From Candidatus Sulfotelmatobacter sp. (GTDB lineage Bacteria; Acidobacteriota; Terriglobia; Terriglobales; Acidobacteriaceae), in contig DATAUY010000133.1 of NCBI GenBank assembly GCA_036268025.1, positions 38,442-102,441 on the forward strand: DNA of 64,000 nt. The letters are read 5' to 3'. Shown one piece after another: positions 34,705 to 43,624 of the stretch (position 1 is its first letter; every line of letters begins with the position of its first letter). Made by a program: the position numbers and the translations under genes. The notes below the pieces were generated by a model that was not told where the DNA came from, made no database searches, and was given only the letters and a program-made list of their open reading frames with translations.

Positions 34705-36096
34705 TCAGGCTGATTCTTCCATTTGGAGCGCCAGCACCTCGGACGGCCCAGACGAGATCTTCTCCGCGTCGCGCGGCGCGACGCGGAACGGGATCGTGAT
34801 GGTCACAGAAACTCCGCCCTCAGGAGGGCATGCCAGCTCGACGCTCTGATTTTCGCCATACAGCGTCTCCATACGTTGCCGCGTAACTTTGAGGCCGACC
34901 CCACAGCCGCGCTCATTGCTGGCGGACAATCCGGGCCCATTGTCTTTGATCTCCAGCTTTAAATCGCCATTCTGACGGCATGAAGAGATCCGTATCTCTC
35001 CACCTGAAGTCATGCGGGAAATGCCATGCTTCACTGCGTTATCGACAACAGGCTGCAACAGGAGCAACGGCACCTGGGCATCGAGTGTTTCCGGTGCAAC
35101 GTCGAAAACCACGCTGAGTCGTTCTTCGAAACGAATCCGCTCAATTTCCAGATAGCAGTTTACGAATTCGAGTTCGCGGTTGAACGTGGTGATCTGCGTT
35201 CCGGCGAACTCCAGATTCATCCGCAGCAGATCGGCGAGGCGTGTAATCATGCGGTCCGCTGCATGCACATCCGTAAGCATCAACGCAGAGATGGAATGCA
35301 TGGTATTGAAGAGAAAATGCGGCTGCAGCTGGCTTTTCAGCGACTGCAAATGCGCTTTGGCGAGCTGGCCTTCAAGCTGGGTCGCGCGAAGTTCACGGTT
35401 CTGGAACTTTCCGTAATAGGAGATCGCCTGCGCGACGAGAACTATGGGAACAAACGTTCCAGTGATGTCGTCCACGACGTTGTTGAGAAACAGCTTTCGC
35501 AGGCCCGACCATTGGATCGCGAAGGAATGCGTATGCGAGTTCCAGATGGCCGAAGTCCAGTCATGTAGTTTCCCATCATAGAGGGCATAGGGCGTAAGAC
35601 CGCGCAACGCCACGTGCGCCATCGAAAACAAAATTCCTGCCGCGAGATACATTAATGCGCGAAGCTTCCAATTATGGCGGCTGACCGGATATCGAATCGC
35701 GAATGCGTAAACAAAAGGGGTCAGCGGCGCGTACATGAGAATCTGGCTGAGTTCGAGCCACAGAGTAGTGGTGAACTTCATTGGCATATCGGTGGAGAGA
35801 TAAAGCCTCCAGATGGTGAAGGTACCGACCAGCGCTACAAACAACCAGACGCCGAAACTGATTCCCCAGATTGGCCAAGTCCACGGAGCACGGGATGGGA
35901 TTGAGAAGGACGGGACCTCTTTGCGAAATGCATCAACATTCCGCCGGGGCCGCCGGGCGAGTTCCCCTCCACAATTCGGACATGTCCTTTGCCGGTTGGC
36001 ATAGCATGCTAAACAGAACGTACAGTCGTAGGAACATGCGTAGGCTTCGCCGTCGAGCGGCAGCGCAATTCCGCATGCTTCGCAGTTGCCTTTCAT
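34705..36096 (-). CDS. LytS/YehU-type sensor histidine kinase with N-terminal Cys-rich (DUF1272-like) domain
   Basis: N-terminus MKGNCEACGIALPLDGEAYACSYDCTFCLACYANRQRTCPNCGGELARRPRR. This is followed by about six TM helices, the His_kinase motif LQPHFLFNTMHSI and an HATPase (DNGPGL, GVGL). Confidence 0.85.
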   Translation of the reverse strand: MKGNCEACGIALPLDGEAYACSYDCTFCLACYANRQRTCPNCGGELARRPRRNVDAFRKEVPSFSIPSRAPWTWPIWGISFGVWLFVALVGTFTIWRLYLSTDMPMKFTTTLWLELSQILMYAPLTPFVYAFAIRYPVSRHNWKLRALMYLAAGILFSMAHVALRGLTPYALYDGKLHDWTSAIWNSHTHSFAIQWSGLRKLFLNNVVDDITGTFVPIVLVAQAISYYGKFQNRELRATQLEGQLAKAHLQSLKSQLQPHFLFNTMHSISALMLTDVHAADRMITRLADLLRMNLEFAGTQITTFNRELEFVNCYLEIERIRFEERLSVVFDVAPETLDAQVPLLLLQPVVDNAVKHGISRMTSGGEIRISSCRQNGDLKLEIKDNGPGLSASNERGCGVGLKVTRQRMETLYGENQSVELACPPEGGVSVTITIPFRVAPRDAEKISSGPSEVLALQMEESA

Positions 36097-36288
36097 TGTC
36101 CGGGCCTCTTGATCGGGAGTGAGAGTAATCCACTATTCAATCACGCACGTGCTGCAGCAAGCGGTGGATTCCATCCCTATTAGACGTGCATTCGTCCCAT
36201 AGGAAATCACTCTAATCCTCTATTTCCAGCGGGTAGAAGCAATTCGACGCTGCTTGTGTAGAAGCTGTCCGAAGTAGATGGGCTGCCT

Positions 36289-36792
36289 TCAGACGCGTTG
36301 CCATCCGCTGCCTGCAACTGATTCGACTCGCCGCAGTTCCCCTTGTTCCGTCATAATTCTTAACTCTTCTGCGATCGCTTGAACTGCGAGGTCGTCGTTG
36401 GGAAACGAGAAGGATCCGCGCCGCAAGATGCGCGCATGGACTTCCTGACTAGAAACTACGTCGAAAGTCTCGAAAACTGCGATGCGGATCGCACGCCGAA
36501 GCGCCAAATCCTGGCTATCGGCACTTTGCCTGTTTGAATCGGGATCTGTCCGCACTTCGACCGGGTCGCTCGCGAATTCATTCTCGCCACAGACTTTGGT
36601 CTTTTCTTGCCGGGCTGCCGGCGCACTTCCCCCACCCAGGCTCCGCAGAGTTCTGACAGCGATTCGCAAATTGCGGATGCGGGTCGTGACTTCCTTGTAT
36701 TGAGCCCGGAGTTCATGGTGTTCGAGGACAACAAGTTTCAGGACCTCTGAAACAGAAGCCTGTTGGGGTACGTGAGTGTAGTCGGTAGCCAT
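36289..36792 (-). CDS. Hypothetical protein (coiled-coil N-terminus)
   Basis: 167-aa ORF with plausible amino-acid composition, lying between the LytS kinase and the divergent LytTR regulator. No motif recognised. Confidence 0.45.
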   Translation of the reverse strand: MATDYTHVPQQASVSEVLKLVVLEHHELRAQYKEVTTRIRNLRIAVRTLRSLGGGSAPAARQEKTKVCGENEFASDPVEVRTDPDSNRQSADSQDLALRRAIRIAVFETFDVVSSQEVHARILRRGSFSFPNDDLAVQAIAEELRIMTEQGELRRVESVAGSGWQRV

Positions 36793-36960
36793 AGCAACAT
36801 CGCCATTATTGACACGATTTGTTTTTTCTTCCAGATGTTGGGGACAGAAGCATCCGCAACCGGGGCAGGTTCATCAAACATTTACAAAATCTGCACTTCT
36901 TCTTTAACGATTTCGCCTGGTCTGCGTCTATTCGCTAATACGGAATGGTGGCACGGAAAT

Positions 36961-37791
36961 ATGCTTCCCGATTCTGCTCCATTGGCGCCTACAGACGTAA
37001 CGCCGAGCAAGCTGGTGCGCATCGTGATCGCGGATGACGAACGGCTTGCTCGTCAAAAAGTGCGAATGTTGCTTGAGTCGGAGCCGAACGTAACCGTCAT
37101 CGCGGAATGCCAGGACGGCAAACAGACCGTGTCAGCGATCAACGTCCTCCGCCCAGACCTGCTTCTTCTCGACATTCAAATGCCTGACCTGGATGGGTTC
37201 CAGGTGCTCGACGAGATTCCTGCACAGGAAATGCCGGTTGTGATCTTTACTTCGGCCTACGATCAATACGCCATTCGTGCATTCGAAGCACATGCGCTTG
37301 ACTACCTCTTGAAGCCTTTCGATCAGGAGCGCCTCCATCAGGCGATCGAGCGCGCTCGGATCGAGTTGCTGAACTCCGAACATCGCGAAGTAACGCACCG
37401 CATCATGGAATTGTTATCTCATATCAAATCCGGTGCGGTAGCAGCGCCGTCAGATTCGCCCAACCGGCTGATAATCAAAGCGAAAGGTCGCGTCATTTTC
37501 CTGGATATGGACGAGATTGACTGGGTGGAAGCGGCTGCAAACTATGTTCGGCTGAACGTTGGCAAGGAGGCGTATCTTCTGCGCGAAACTATCTCCCGCA
37601 CGTCGGAACGCCTCAACCCCGATCATTTCATTCGCATTCATCGCTCAACAATTGTGAATGTGAAGAAGATCAAGGAATTGATTCCAGTCAACAGCGGCGA
37701 ATACATTGTCGTGCTCAAGAACGGCAAGGAACTATCCTGCAGCCGCGGCTACCGCGGCTTTTTACAGAGCGTGATCGAGAAAAACTCCTGA
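36961..37791 (+). CDS. LytR/AlgR-family response regulator (receiver + LytTR DNA-binding domain)
   Basis: RIVIADDERLARQ...LLLLDIQMPDLDGF receiver, plus C-terminal LytTR (VIFLDMDEIDWVEAAANYVRLNVG...FIRIHRSTIVN). ATG 36961 chosen because the ORF-track start at 36763 adds 66 non-homologous residues. Confidence 0.9.
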   Translation: MLPDSAPLAPTDVTPSKLVRIVIADDERLARQKVRMLLESEPNVTVIAECQDGKQTVSAINVLRPDLLLLDIQMPDLDGFQVLDEIPAQEMPVVIFTSAYDQYAIRAFEAHALDYLLKPFDQERLHQAIERARIELLNSEHREVTHRIMELLSHIKSGAVAAPSDSPNRLIIKAKGRVIFLDMDEIDWVEAAANYVRLNVGKEAYLLRETISRTSERLNPDHFIRIHRSTIVNVKKIKELIPVNSGEYIVVLKNGKELSCSRGYRGFLQSVIEKNS

Positions 37792-37887
37792 TTCGCTCTC
37801 TTTTCTGTTTTCGCTGTCTTCATCCCGGCAAATCATCTAAGCGTCCCATGAGTTGAGGCCCGTTGCACGAGGGCCCGTCTTGTAGGC

Positions 37888-38844
37888 ATGGCTGGATGTC
37901 GCTGCAACGGCGAAGCGGCTCGCGATGGCTCATCATTTGGACGTCGCCTCTCCCGACTGTGCTCTCGCAGACATTCCAGAGCATGCGGGATTCTGTTGAC
38001 TGTTCTTGCGCTGAGCCTCTGGAGCTATGCTTCGGGCGGCGACCTCGTCGGTACCATACCGAAGAACGAACAGATTCCGGATTTGCCCTTCCACCTCTAT
38101 CAGGGATATCTGGTCGTAGTCGAAGGAAGAATCGGCAATCTCGATCACCAGAATCTACTGCTCGATACCGGAACGAGTCCAAGCATGATCGACAGCAGCG
38201 CCGCTAAGAAACTTGACCTCAGTGGGACGGCAGACGGCATTTCGCTTTTCAACAAACAAATTGCGGCAGAAAGGATTGTTTTACATGATCTACAGATTGG
38301 TCCATTACGGCGGCGGGATTTTCAGGTGATGGTGGCAGACTTCTCGAAGATCGCAAATGATCTGGGAACGCATCTCGACGGCGTGATCGGACTCGACGTC
38401 TTAGGCGCACAAAGTTTCACTATTGATTACAAGAAGCAGCGCATTTCTTTCCACGCTTCGCGACAACGTCATTCCGCGCCATTCTCAGCGGGGCCGCAAT
38501 TCATCACCGTCAAGTTCAATACAGGCAACCGGGAGCTTCACCTGCTCGTAGATACGGGCACGCCGCATCTGGTGATCTTTAAGCAGGCTTTGCAGGACTT
38601 AGACTACGAATGGTCCCCGGTGACGGGGTCAGGGAAAAACCTCTCCGGCATCGTGTCGTATCGGGATATCATCCTGCCCAAAGCAATGCTGGGCGCGGAG
38701 ATCATTGGCCCGGAGCGCGCCTCCGTGGTCGTCAACCAGAAAAATGTCGAGACTGAATACGACGGCCTGATCGGAGTTTCACTCTTGCGGCCCAACCAGC
38801 TGAGCTTCGATTTTGAGAACAGAGTTCTGGGATGGAACAATTGA
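37888..38844 (+). CDS. Secreted retropepsin-like aspartic protease with two catalytic lobes in one chain
   Basis: Two Asp-Thr-Gly sites (LLLDTGTSPSMID and LLVDTGTPHLVIF), each followed by a GVIGLD / GLIGVS flap-like motif. N-terminal hydrophobic signal-like segment. Confidence 0.7.
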   Translation: MAGCRCNGEAARDGSSFGRRLSRLCSRRHSRACGILLTVLALSLWSYASGGDLVGTIPKNEQIPDLPFHLYQGYLVVVEGRIGNLDHQNLLLDTGTSPSMIDSSAAKKLDLSGTADGISLFNKQIAAERIVLHDLQIGPLRRRDFQVMVADFSKIANDLGTHLDGVIGLDVLGAQSFTIDYKKQRISFHASRQRHSAPFSAGPQFITVKFNTGNRELHLLVDTGTPHLVIFKQALQDLDYEWSPVTGSGKNLSGIVSYRDIILPKAMLGAEIIGPERASVVVNQKNVETEYDGLIGVSLLRPNQLSFDFENRVLGWNN

Positions 38845-38863
38845 AGCGCAGTAAACGGAATTT

Positions 38864-39502
38864 GTGAACCGGCGCGAACTGATGCACGGAATGAGTCTTT
38901 GCGGGCTGGCCGCTGCGACTCCGCGTCCAAATGCTCATTCGAACGCCTTTGTTCACTCCCGGTTAACTGTAGATGAGGCGCCGCTGCCGAAGAATGTTGC
39001 CGGCATTCGCCTTGTCGATTCCCATGTCGCTCGAAAAGCCGCCCTGCTTGCCCGCGAATGCTCGCCGCCGTATTTGTTCAACCACGCGGTCCGGACATTT
39101 CTATTTGCTTCTATCACCGGCCGCTCTCTAAAACAGAACTTCGATGAAGAACTGCTATTTTTAGCATGCATTTTTCACGATATGGGGCTGACGGACCGAT
39201 TCCAGGGCGACTTGCCTTTCGAGATTAAGGGAGCGGAGGCAGCGAAGCAATTCCTCACGTCACATTCCTACGCGGAGCCCGGAATTCAGACGATTTGGGA
39301 TGGAATCGCCATGCACGCCTCAGCAAAACGCAGACTTGAATCCGAGGCGGGGAAATGCCTTCACGATCTGGTCAACCTCACTCTTGCTGACCTGCGTAGG
39401 ATCAGCCCCGAGCACATCGGCTCCCGCCCCCTCCGCTACGTATCTGGATTCCGCCCGAAGAATTTCTGTGATCTGGTGGTGCAGGCTCTGTACTCCGATT
39501 AG
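38864..39502 (+). CDS. HD-domain protein with twin-arginine-like N-terminus
   Basis: MNRRELMHGMSLCGLAAATP resembles a Tat signal. LFNHAVRT...ACIFHDMGL is an HD metal-binding motif (cyanamide-hydratase-like HD family suspected). Confidence 0.6.
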   Translation: MNRRELMHGMSLCGLAAATPRPNAHSNAFVHSRLTVDEAPLPKNVAGIRLVDSHVARKAALLARECSPPYLFNHAVRTFLFASITGRSLKQNFDEELLFLACIFHDMGLTDRFQGDLPFEIKGAEAAKQFLTSHSYAEPGIQTIWDGIAMHASAKRRLESEAGKCLHDLVNLTLADLRRISPEHIGSRPLRYVSGFRPKNFCDLVVQALYSD

Positions 39503-39564
39503 GCACCGCCTTTCCCAAGAAATACGTCCCGATTCTCAAGGAAGAACACTCCATTCCACTCGTC

Positions 39565-39597
39565 CAATAAAAAGAGCCGCCAGCAGAAGCTGGCGGC
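39565..39597 (-). terminator. Rho-independent terminator for the TonB-dependent receptor gene (possibly bidirectional)
   Basis: Perfect 9-bp stem GCCGCCAGC / GCTGGCGGC (39576-39584 and 39589-39597) with a 4-nt loop. On the minus strand it is followed by TCTTTTTATT. It sits between convergent genes. Confidence 0.7.
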
Positions 39598-39617
39598 CTG
39601 CAGGCGCATAGCGCATG

Positions 39618-42600
39618 CTAGAAGGTGAGCTTTAAGGTGAACTCCGCAACCCGCGGCGCTCCCAGTCCATAGACTCCTGTGCCAGCTCCGACCCGAACGT
39701 TTTGCGTTCCTTTGTAATCCGTTCCACCGATGCTTCCTGGCTGCCCCGACAGGTACGGGCTGAGAACGTTTGGAGGAAGATCGAAGTTGGCGAAGTTGAA
39801 CAAATTGAAGAACCCGATGCCCGGTTCGATGGTGACCGTCTCCTTAATGCGGTACTTCCAGCGAAGCGACATATCGAGATCCTTGAGCCATGCCAGGCCG
39901 ACTGCGCCCGGAACCGCAGAAGGAAGAGCCGGAGCCACGCCTGCCATTCCCTGCAGCTGAGACAATGTGAATAGTCCTTGACTGATTAGCACCTGGCCGG
40001 CCGGAGTCGGCTGTCCCGCAACCGTCTGGTTATAGTTGCTGATGACTCTCGCCAAGTCGCCCGGCCCAATTCCTCTCATGAACGAGCCGTTCTTCGTTCC
40101 CGGCAGGTAATCCTGCGTCGTTCCATCACCGGTAAAGTCAGTGCGGAAGATTTCGCCGTCGCCCAGGCCGGAGTTCGGCACCACGAGTGGCGTTGAAAGC
40201 GGGCTGTAGAAGTGGCCAATCATTCCCAACTGAAATCCAAACGGAAGATCGAAGCTGCCGCCGAATGAGAGTTGATGTGTGCGGTCGAGGGTGGATGGTC
40301 CCATAAAGCGGAACGGATTCGCATTGTCTGCAGCGCCCGTGACGAAATCCTGGTCCGCATACTGTTGATAGTTCGGAGGCTGGGAAGTGGGACCCGCCCC
40401 TCCGGGATTCACGAACTTTGACAGGCTATAGGAAACTTGAAGGTTCGCATTCTTCAGTCCCTTGATCGGGTTGGCCACGTTCTGCACCAGTTTAAGATCG
40501 AGTGCGTTGTAGACGGAGCGTCCGATCGGAAGCAGGAAGTTCAGATTGGCAGCGCCTGGATTGAGCCCGGGAAAAGCGCAGCCCTGAGGCGGGCAGCCGC
40601 CGACTCCATTTGTTCCAGTCACTGTGGTTCCAAGTGGACCTACACCTAATTCGGTTGTCGTGGTCAGTCCCTGCTTGGCGAAGTCTTTCATCTGGGCGCC
40701 CAGATTGGCGGGTTCTCCCAACCCCGGGCATCCGCCAGCCGCCAGCGCTCCCGCGAGTGAGGAAGCACCGCAAGCCGCAATCGTGTTGTTGATCGCGGCC
40801 TGCGCCCCGGCCAGATTGAAATAGCGCGTGTCGCCAGCATGGTTCAAATCGACACCGAGCAGCGAGTGGGTTTCCACGTTGCGAACGTAATCAGCGCTGA
40901 GAATCGTCCCGCGGCGCAATTCGCGTTGGATACCGACATTGATCTGAACCGACCGCGGAGTCTGGAAGTTTGGTGCGAAGGTGGAAGGAGTCGTGGCTGT
41001 ACCGAGTCCTACACCTTGATCGAGTAGACTGCCGATGTAGCCGCCGTTCTGCAAAGTTGGGGTAAATGGGTAGCTCGACTGATAAGTGTTGAACAGATTA
41101 ATGATATTGGCCGCGGCTGCTCCCATCGTGATGGGATTGCTGCCGTTGCCGCAAATACCATCGGGAATCGGAATGGAGCCTCCCGGGATGGGAATGGGTT
41201 GCGCTACTGCTCCGGGCCCATTACAAAGACTGGGGGTTTGCAGGAAGGCTCCGGTCGCTTCACGTGTTGGACGGTCGAAGAGCACGTTATTCCAGATCGT
41301 GTTCTCGTAGTAGAGTCCCGCTCCAGCGCGTATCACCGTCTTTCCGTTTCGGGTCGGATCCCACGCAATGCCGATTTGCGGCGCAAAATTCAGATTCGGT
41401 TGACGAATGCGCGCACCGAGGTCCGGGTAGGTAGGGACAATATTGTTGAGAGCCGGGATGCCGGGAAGATCCGCATCGTTTCGTCCTGTGTCTCTTACGT
41501 AGCGGAGGCCGACTTCGATGTTCAAGTTCGGCCTGGCCTTCCAGCTATCTCCTAAATAGAAAGCAATGCGGTTGTCTGGTCCGAGGCCTCCCGCTGGGTA
41601 CCCGAAGGCCGGTTGAGTTGTCGCGAACCCAATTCCGTTGCCCATCTGGATCGCCTGAACGTCATAATTCAGCGGGTTAGAAGCGGTCGTACCATCCGGG
41701 CCAGCAGGACAGGCGGGGCTGACAACCGCGCAATTCGCATCCAGCAAGTTGGGAGATGAGAAAACTACGGGCGCAATACTGAAGAAAGCCGCAAAACCTC
41801 CGCCTTGAATATGGTTGTAGGTTGCCCCAAAGCGCACGAGATGAGTCTTAATTGATTTGCTGCCGTCGTACTTGAGCTCGTGATCACTTTGCGGCGTGCC
41901 CTGCGGGGCCAGATAGTTGGGGCCGACTGCAAGCGGACCGTTGAGTATCGTCAGGCCTGAATCGGAGAAAGGTTGCCCCTGATCGCCGTTTTGAATTTGG
42001 TTTTGGAATTTCAGATATTCGAAGCGCACGCTGTGGGTAAAGGTCCCGGTATTGAAATCCAGGCCCAGTACGTGCGAGCGCGAATCGTTCTTGTTGCTGT
42101 AGACCTGAAAGCTTGAAGCAAAGAATGTCGCGTCGGTCAGACTCGCGAAATAACCATACCGGTAAAACAACTTCGCGCTGTTTGTGAGCTGGTAGTCTAA
42201 CTTTCCCAGCAATTCAGTCTCACGGAACGGCGCATTGAAAAAGCCGGAATCCGCGGCAAACGGCGCAGGCAGAGATACCGGCGATTGCAAGTTGTTTAGC
42301 GTGCGTTCGCCGTCCGCGAAGAAAAAGAGTTTGTCTCTAATGATCCGGCCGCCGAGATTGCCACCGTACTGGTTTCTCTGAAACCCGGGAGCGCCCAAGC
42401 CCGGAGGCGTGGGCAGCGCGGCGGAAATTGCATCATGATCGCGGAAATATCCAAACGCCTGGCCGTGATACGAGTTTGTTCCGGACTGGGTCGTGACGTT
42501 CACGGCACCAGAGGACGTCAGGTCGTTTGAGAGATCGAGCTTCGATTGGCTGATCTGGAACTCCGCAATTGCGCTGGCAGGAATGTCCTGGGTCGTAGTT

Positions 42601-43253
42601 CCTACAGTCTCATCGCTGACGTCGACGCCGTCGACTTCAATGCGAGCACTGCGACCGAATCGGCCGCCGAAAGAAATCGAGGAGTAGCCGACCTTCGTCG
42701 GATCGAAGTTTGTGCCGTCCTGGATTTGCACCCCAGGCTCGAGCTGCGCGAGATCAAGAAAGTTTCTGCCATTCACGGGCAGGTTCTCGATCTGCTGGCG
42801 AGTCAGAACACCCTGCACAGACGCCTGTTCGGTGTTGACTTCGATTCCTCCAGCCTGCACTTCAATCACCTGGCTCTCCTGGCCGACTTGCAGCGTGGGA
42901 TTGAAGGTCGCGGTGTTTCCGACCTGCACATTCACCACTTGACTCACGCTGCTGAAGCCTTTGGCTGAAACCTGGACGCGGTACTCGCCGGGAGTAAGCG
43001 CGCCAGAAGTGTAGGCACCCGAAGAATTCGAGGTCAGCCGAATGATCGAATTAGTCGCGGTGTTGGTGACAGATACCGTAGCAGTGCTGACAACCGCCCC
43101 TGTGGGGTCGGTCACAACACCATTGATACTGCCAGTGCCCACCGTGGTCTGCGCGTTTGCGGGCGAAAGCGCCACCAGCCATAACGCGGTTGCAATGTTT
43201 AGATATAAAAATGCGCGTTGCACACACCAAACCAGACCACGCTGCTCCATCAT
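39618..43253 (-). CDS. TonB-dependent receptor with N-terminal carboxypeptidase-regulatory-like domain (acidobacterial long type)
   Basis: Signal peptide ...SPANAQ. INGVVTDPTGAVVSTATVSVTNTATN...GEYRVQVSAKGF (CarboxypepD_reg). Plug motif LPVNGRNFLDLAQLEPGV, a long beta-barrel, and a C-terminal ...FTLKLTF. Confidence 0.9.
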   Translation of the reverse strand: MMEQRGLVWCVQRAFLYLNIATALWLVALSPANAQTTVGTGSINGVVTDPTGAVVSTATVSVTNTATNSIIRLTSNSSGAYTSGALTPGEYRVQVSAKGFSSVSQVVNVQVGNTATFNPTLQVGQESQVIEVQAGGIEVNTEQASVQGVLTRQQIENLPVNGRNFLDLAQLEPGVQIQDGTNFDPTKVGYSSISFGGRFGRSARIEVDGVDVSDETVGTTTQDIPASAIAEFQISQSKLDLSNDLTSSGAVNVTTQSGTNSYHGQAFGYFRDHDAISAALPTPPGLGAPGFQRNQYGGNLGGRIIRDKLFFFADGERTLNNLQSPVSLPAPFAADSGFFNAPFRETELLGKLDYQLTNSAKLFYRYGYFASLTDATFFASSFQVYSNKNDSRSHVLGLDFNTGTFTHSVRFEYLKFQNQIQNGDQGQPFSDSGLTILNGPLAVGPNYLAPQGTPQSDHELKYDGSKSIKTHLVRFGATYNHIQGGGFAAFFSIAPVVFSSPNLLDANCAVVSPACPAGPDGTTASNPLNYDVQAIQMGNGIGFATTQPAFGYPAGGLGPDNRIAFYLGDSWKARPNLNIEVGLRYVRDTGRNDADLPGIPALNNIVPTYPDLGARIRQPNLNFAPQIGIAWDPTRNGKTVIRAGAGLYYENTIWNNVLFDRPTREATGAFLQTPSLCNGPGAVAQPIPIPGGSIPIPDGICGNGSNPITMGAAAANIINLFNTYQSSYPFTPTLQNGGYIGSLLDQGVGLGTATTPSTFAPNFQTPRSVQINVGIQRELRRGTILSADYVRNVETHSLLGVDLNHAGDTRYFNLAGAQAAINNTIAACGASSLAGALAAGGCPGLGEPANLGAQMKDFAKQGLTTTTELGVGPLGTTVTGTNGVGGCPPQGCAFPGLNPGAANLNFLLPIGRSVYNALDLKLVQNVANPIKGLKNANLQVSYSLSKFVNPGGAGPTSQPPNYQQYADQDFVTGAADNANPFRFMGPSTLDRTHQLSFGGSFDLPFGFQLGMIGHFYSPLSTPLVVPNSGLGDGEIFRTDFTGDGTTQDYLPGTKNGSFMRGIGPGDLARVISNYNQTVAGQPTPAGQVLISQGLFTLSQLQGMAGVAPALPSAVPGAVGLAWLKDLDMSLRWKYRIKETVTIEPGIGFFNLFNFANFDLPPNVLSPYLSGQPGSIGGTDYKGTQNVRVGAGTGVYGLGAPRVAEFTLKLTF

Positions 43254-43624
43254 GCCAAGCCTCCGCTGCCGTTCTTGAACTCTCGACGGTCAGATTCAAC
43301 TTGTCGAAGGGCAACTTGGCATCCGCTCAGGGGAACACTCTACGGGTGCATGGATGGCAGGGACAGATGAATGAATAAGAGAGATCAGCAGTGGAGTTTT
43401 GGTAAGAAGGGAATCTGCAGGTTAATCGTGATGAAGGCGATTTCTATGGTTCTCCAAAGTTTCTGCGTGTTTAGCTATGAAGAACTGGATCACGAGGAAT
43501 TGGTCCAGGAGTTTGGCACTTAGTCCTCTCACCTTTCTTCCTCGCAACAATGTAACGTCCCGGTCACAGCCCAACTCCTGAGAACGTCAATCTGCACAAC
43601 AAGGTGTCCCGTGCAATGGGAGGA

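Noticed and set aside
36945-36965. TGGCACGGAAATATGCT, a sigma-54-like motif before the LytTR gene
   Set aside because: The spacing is off by one, and the motif overlaps the chosen start codon, so it cannot serve as this gene's promoter.
43400-43440. GGTAAGAAGGGAATCTGCAGGTTAATC, faintly reminiscent of a cobalamin riboswitch core, near the TonB receptor gene
   Set aside because: It lies on the plus strand, while the receptor and the other flanking gene are on the minus strand. No GCCACTG B12 box follows, and no downstream plus-strand gene exists.
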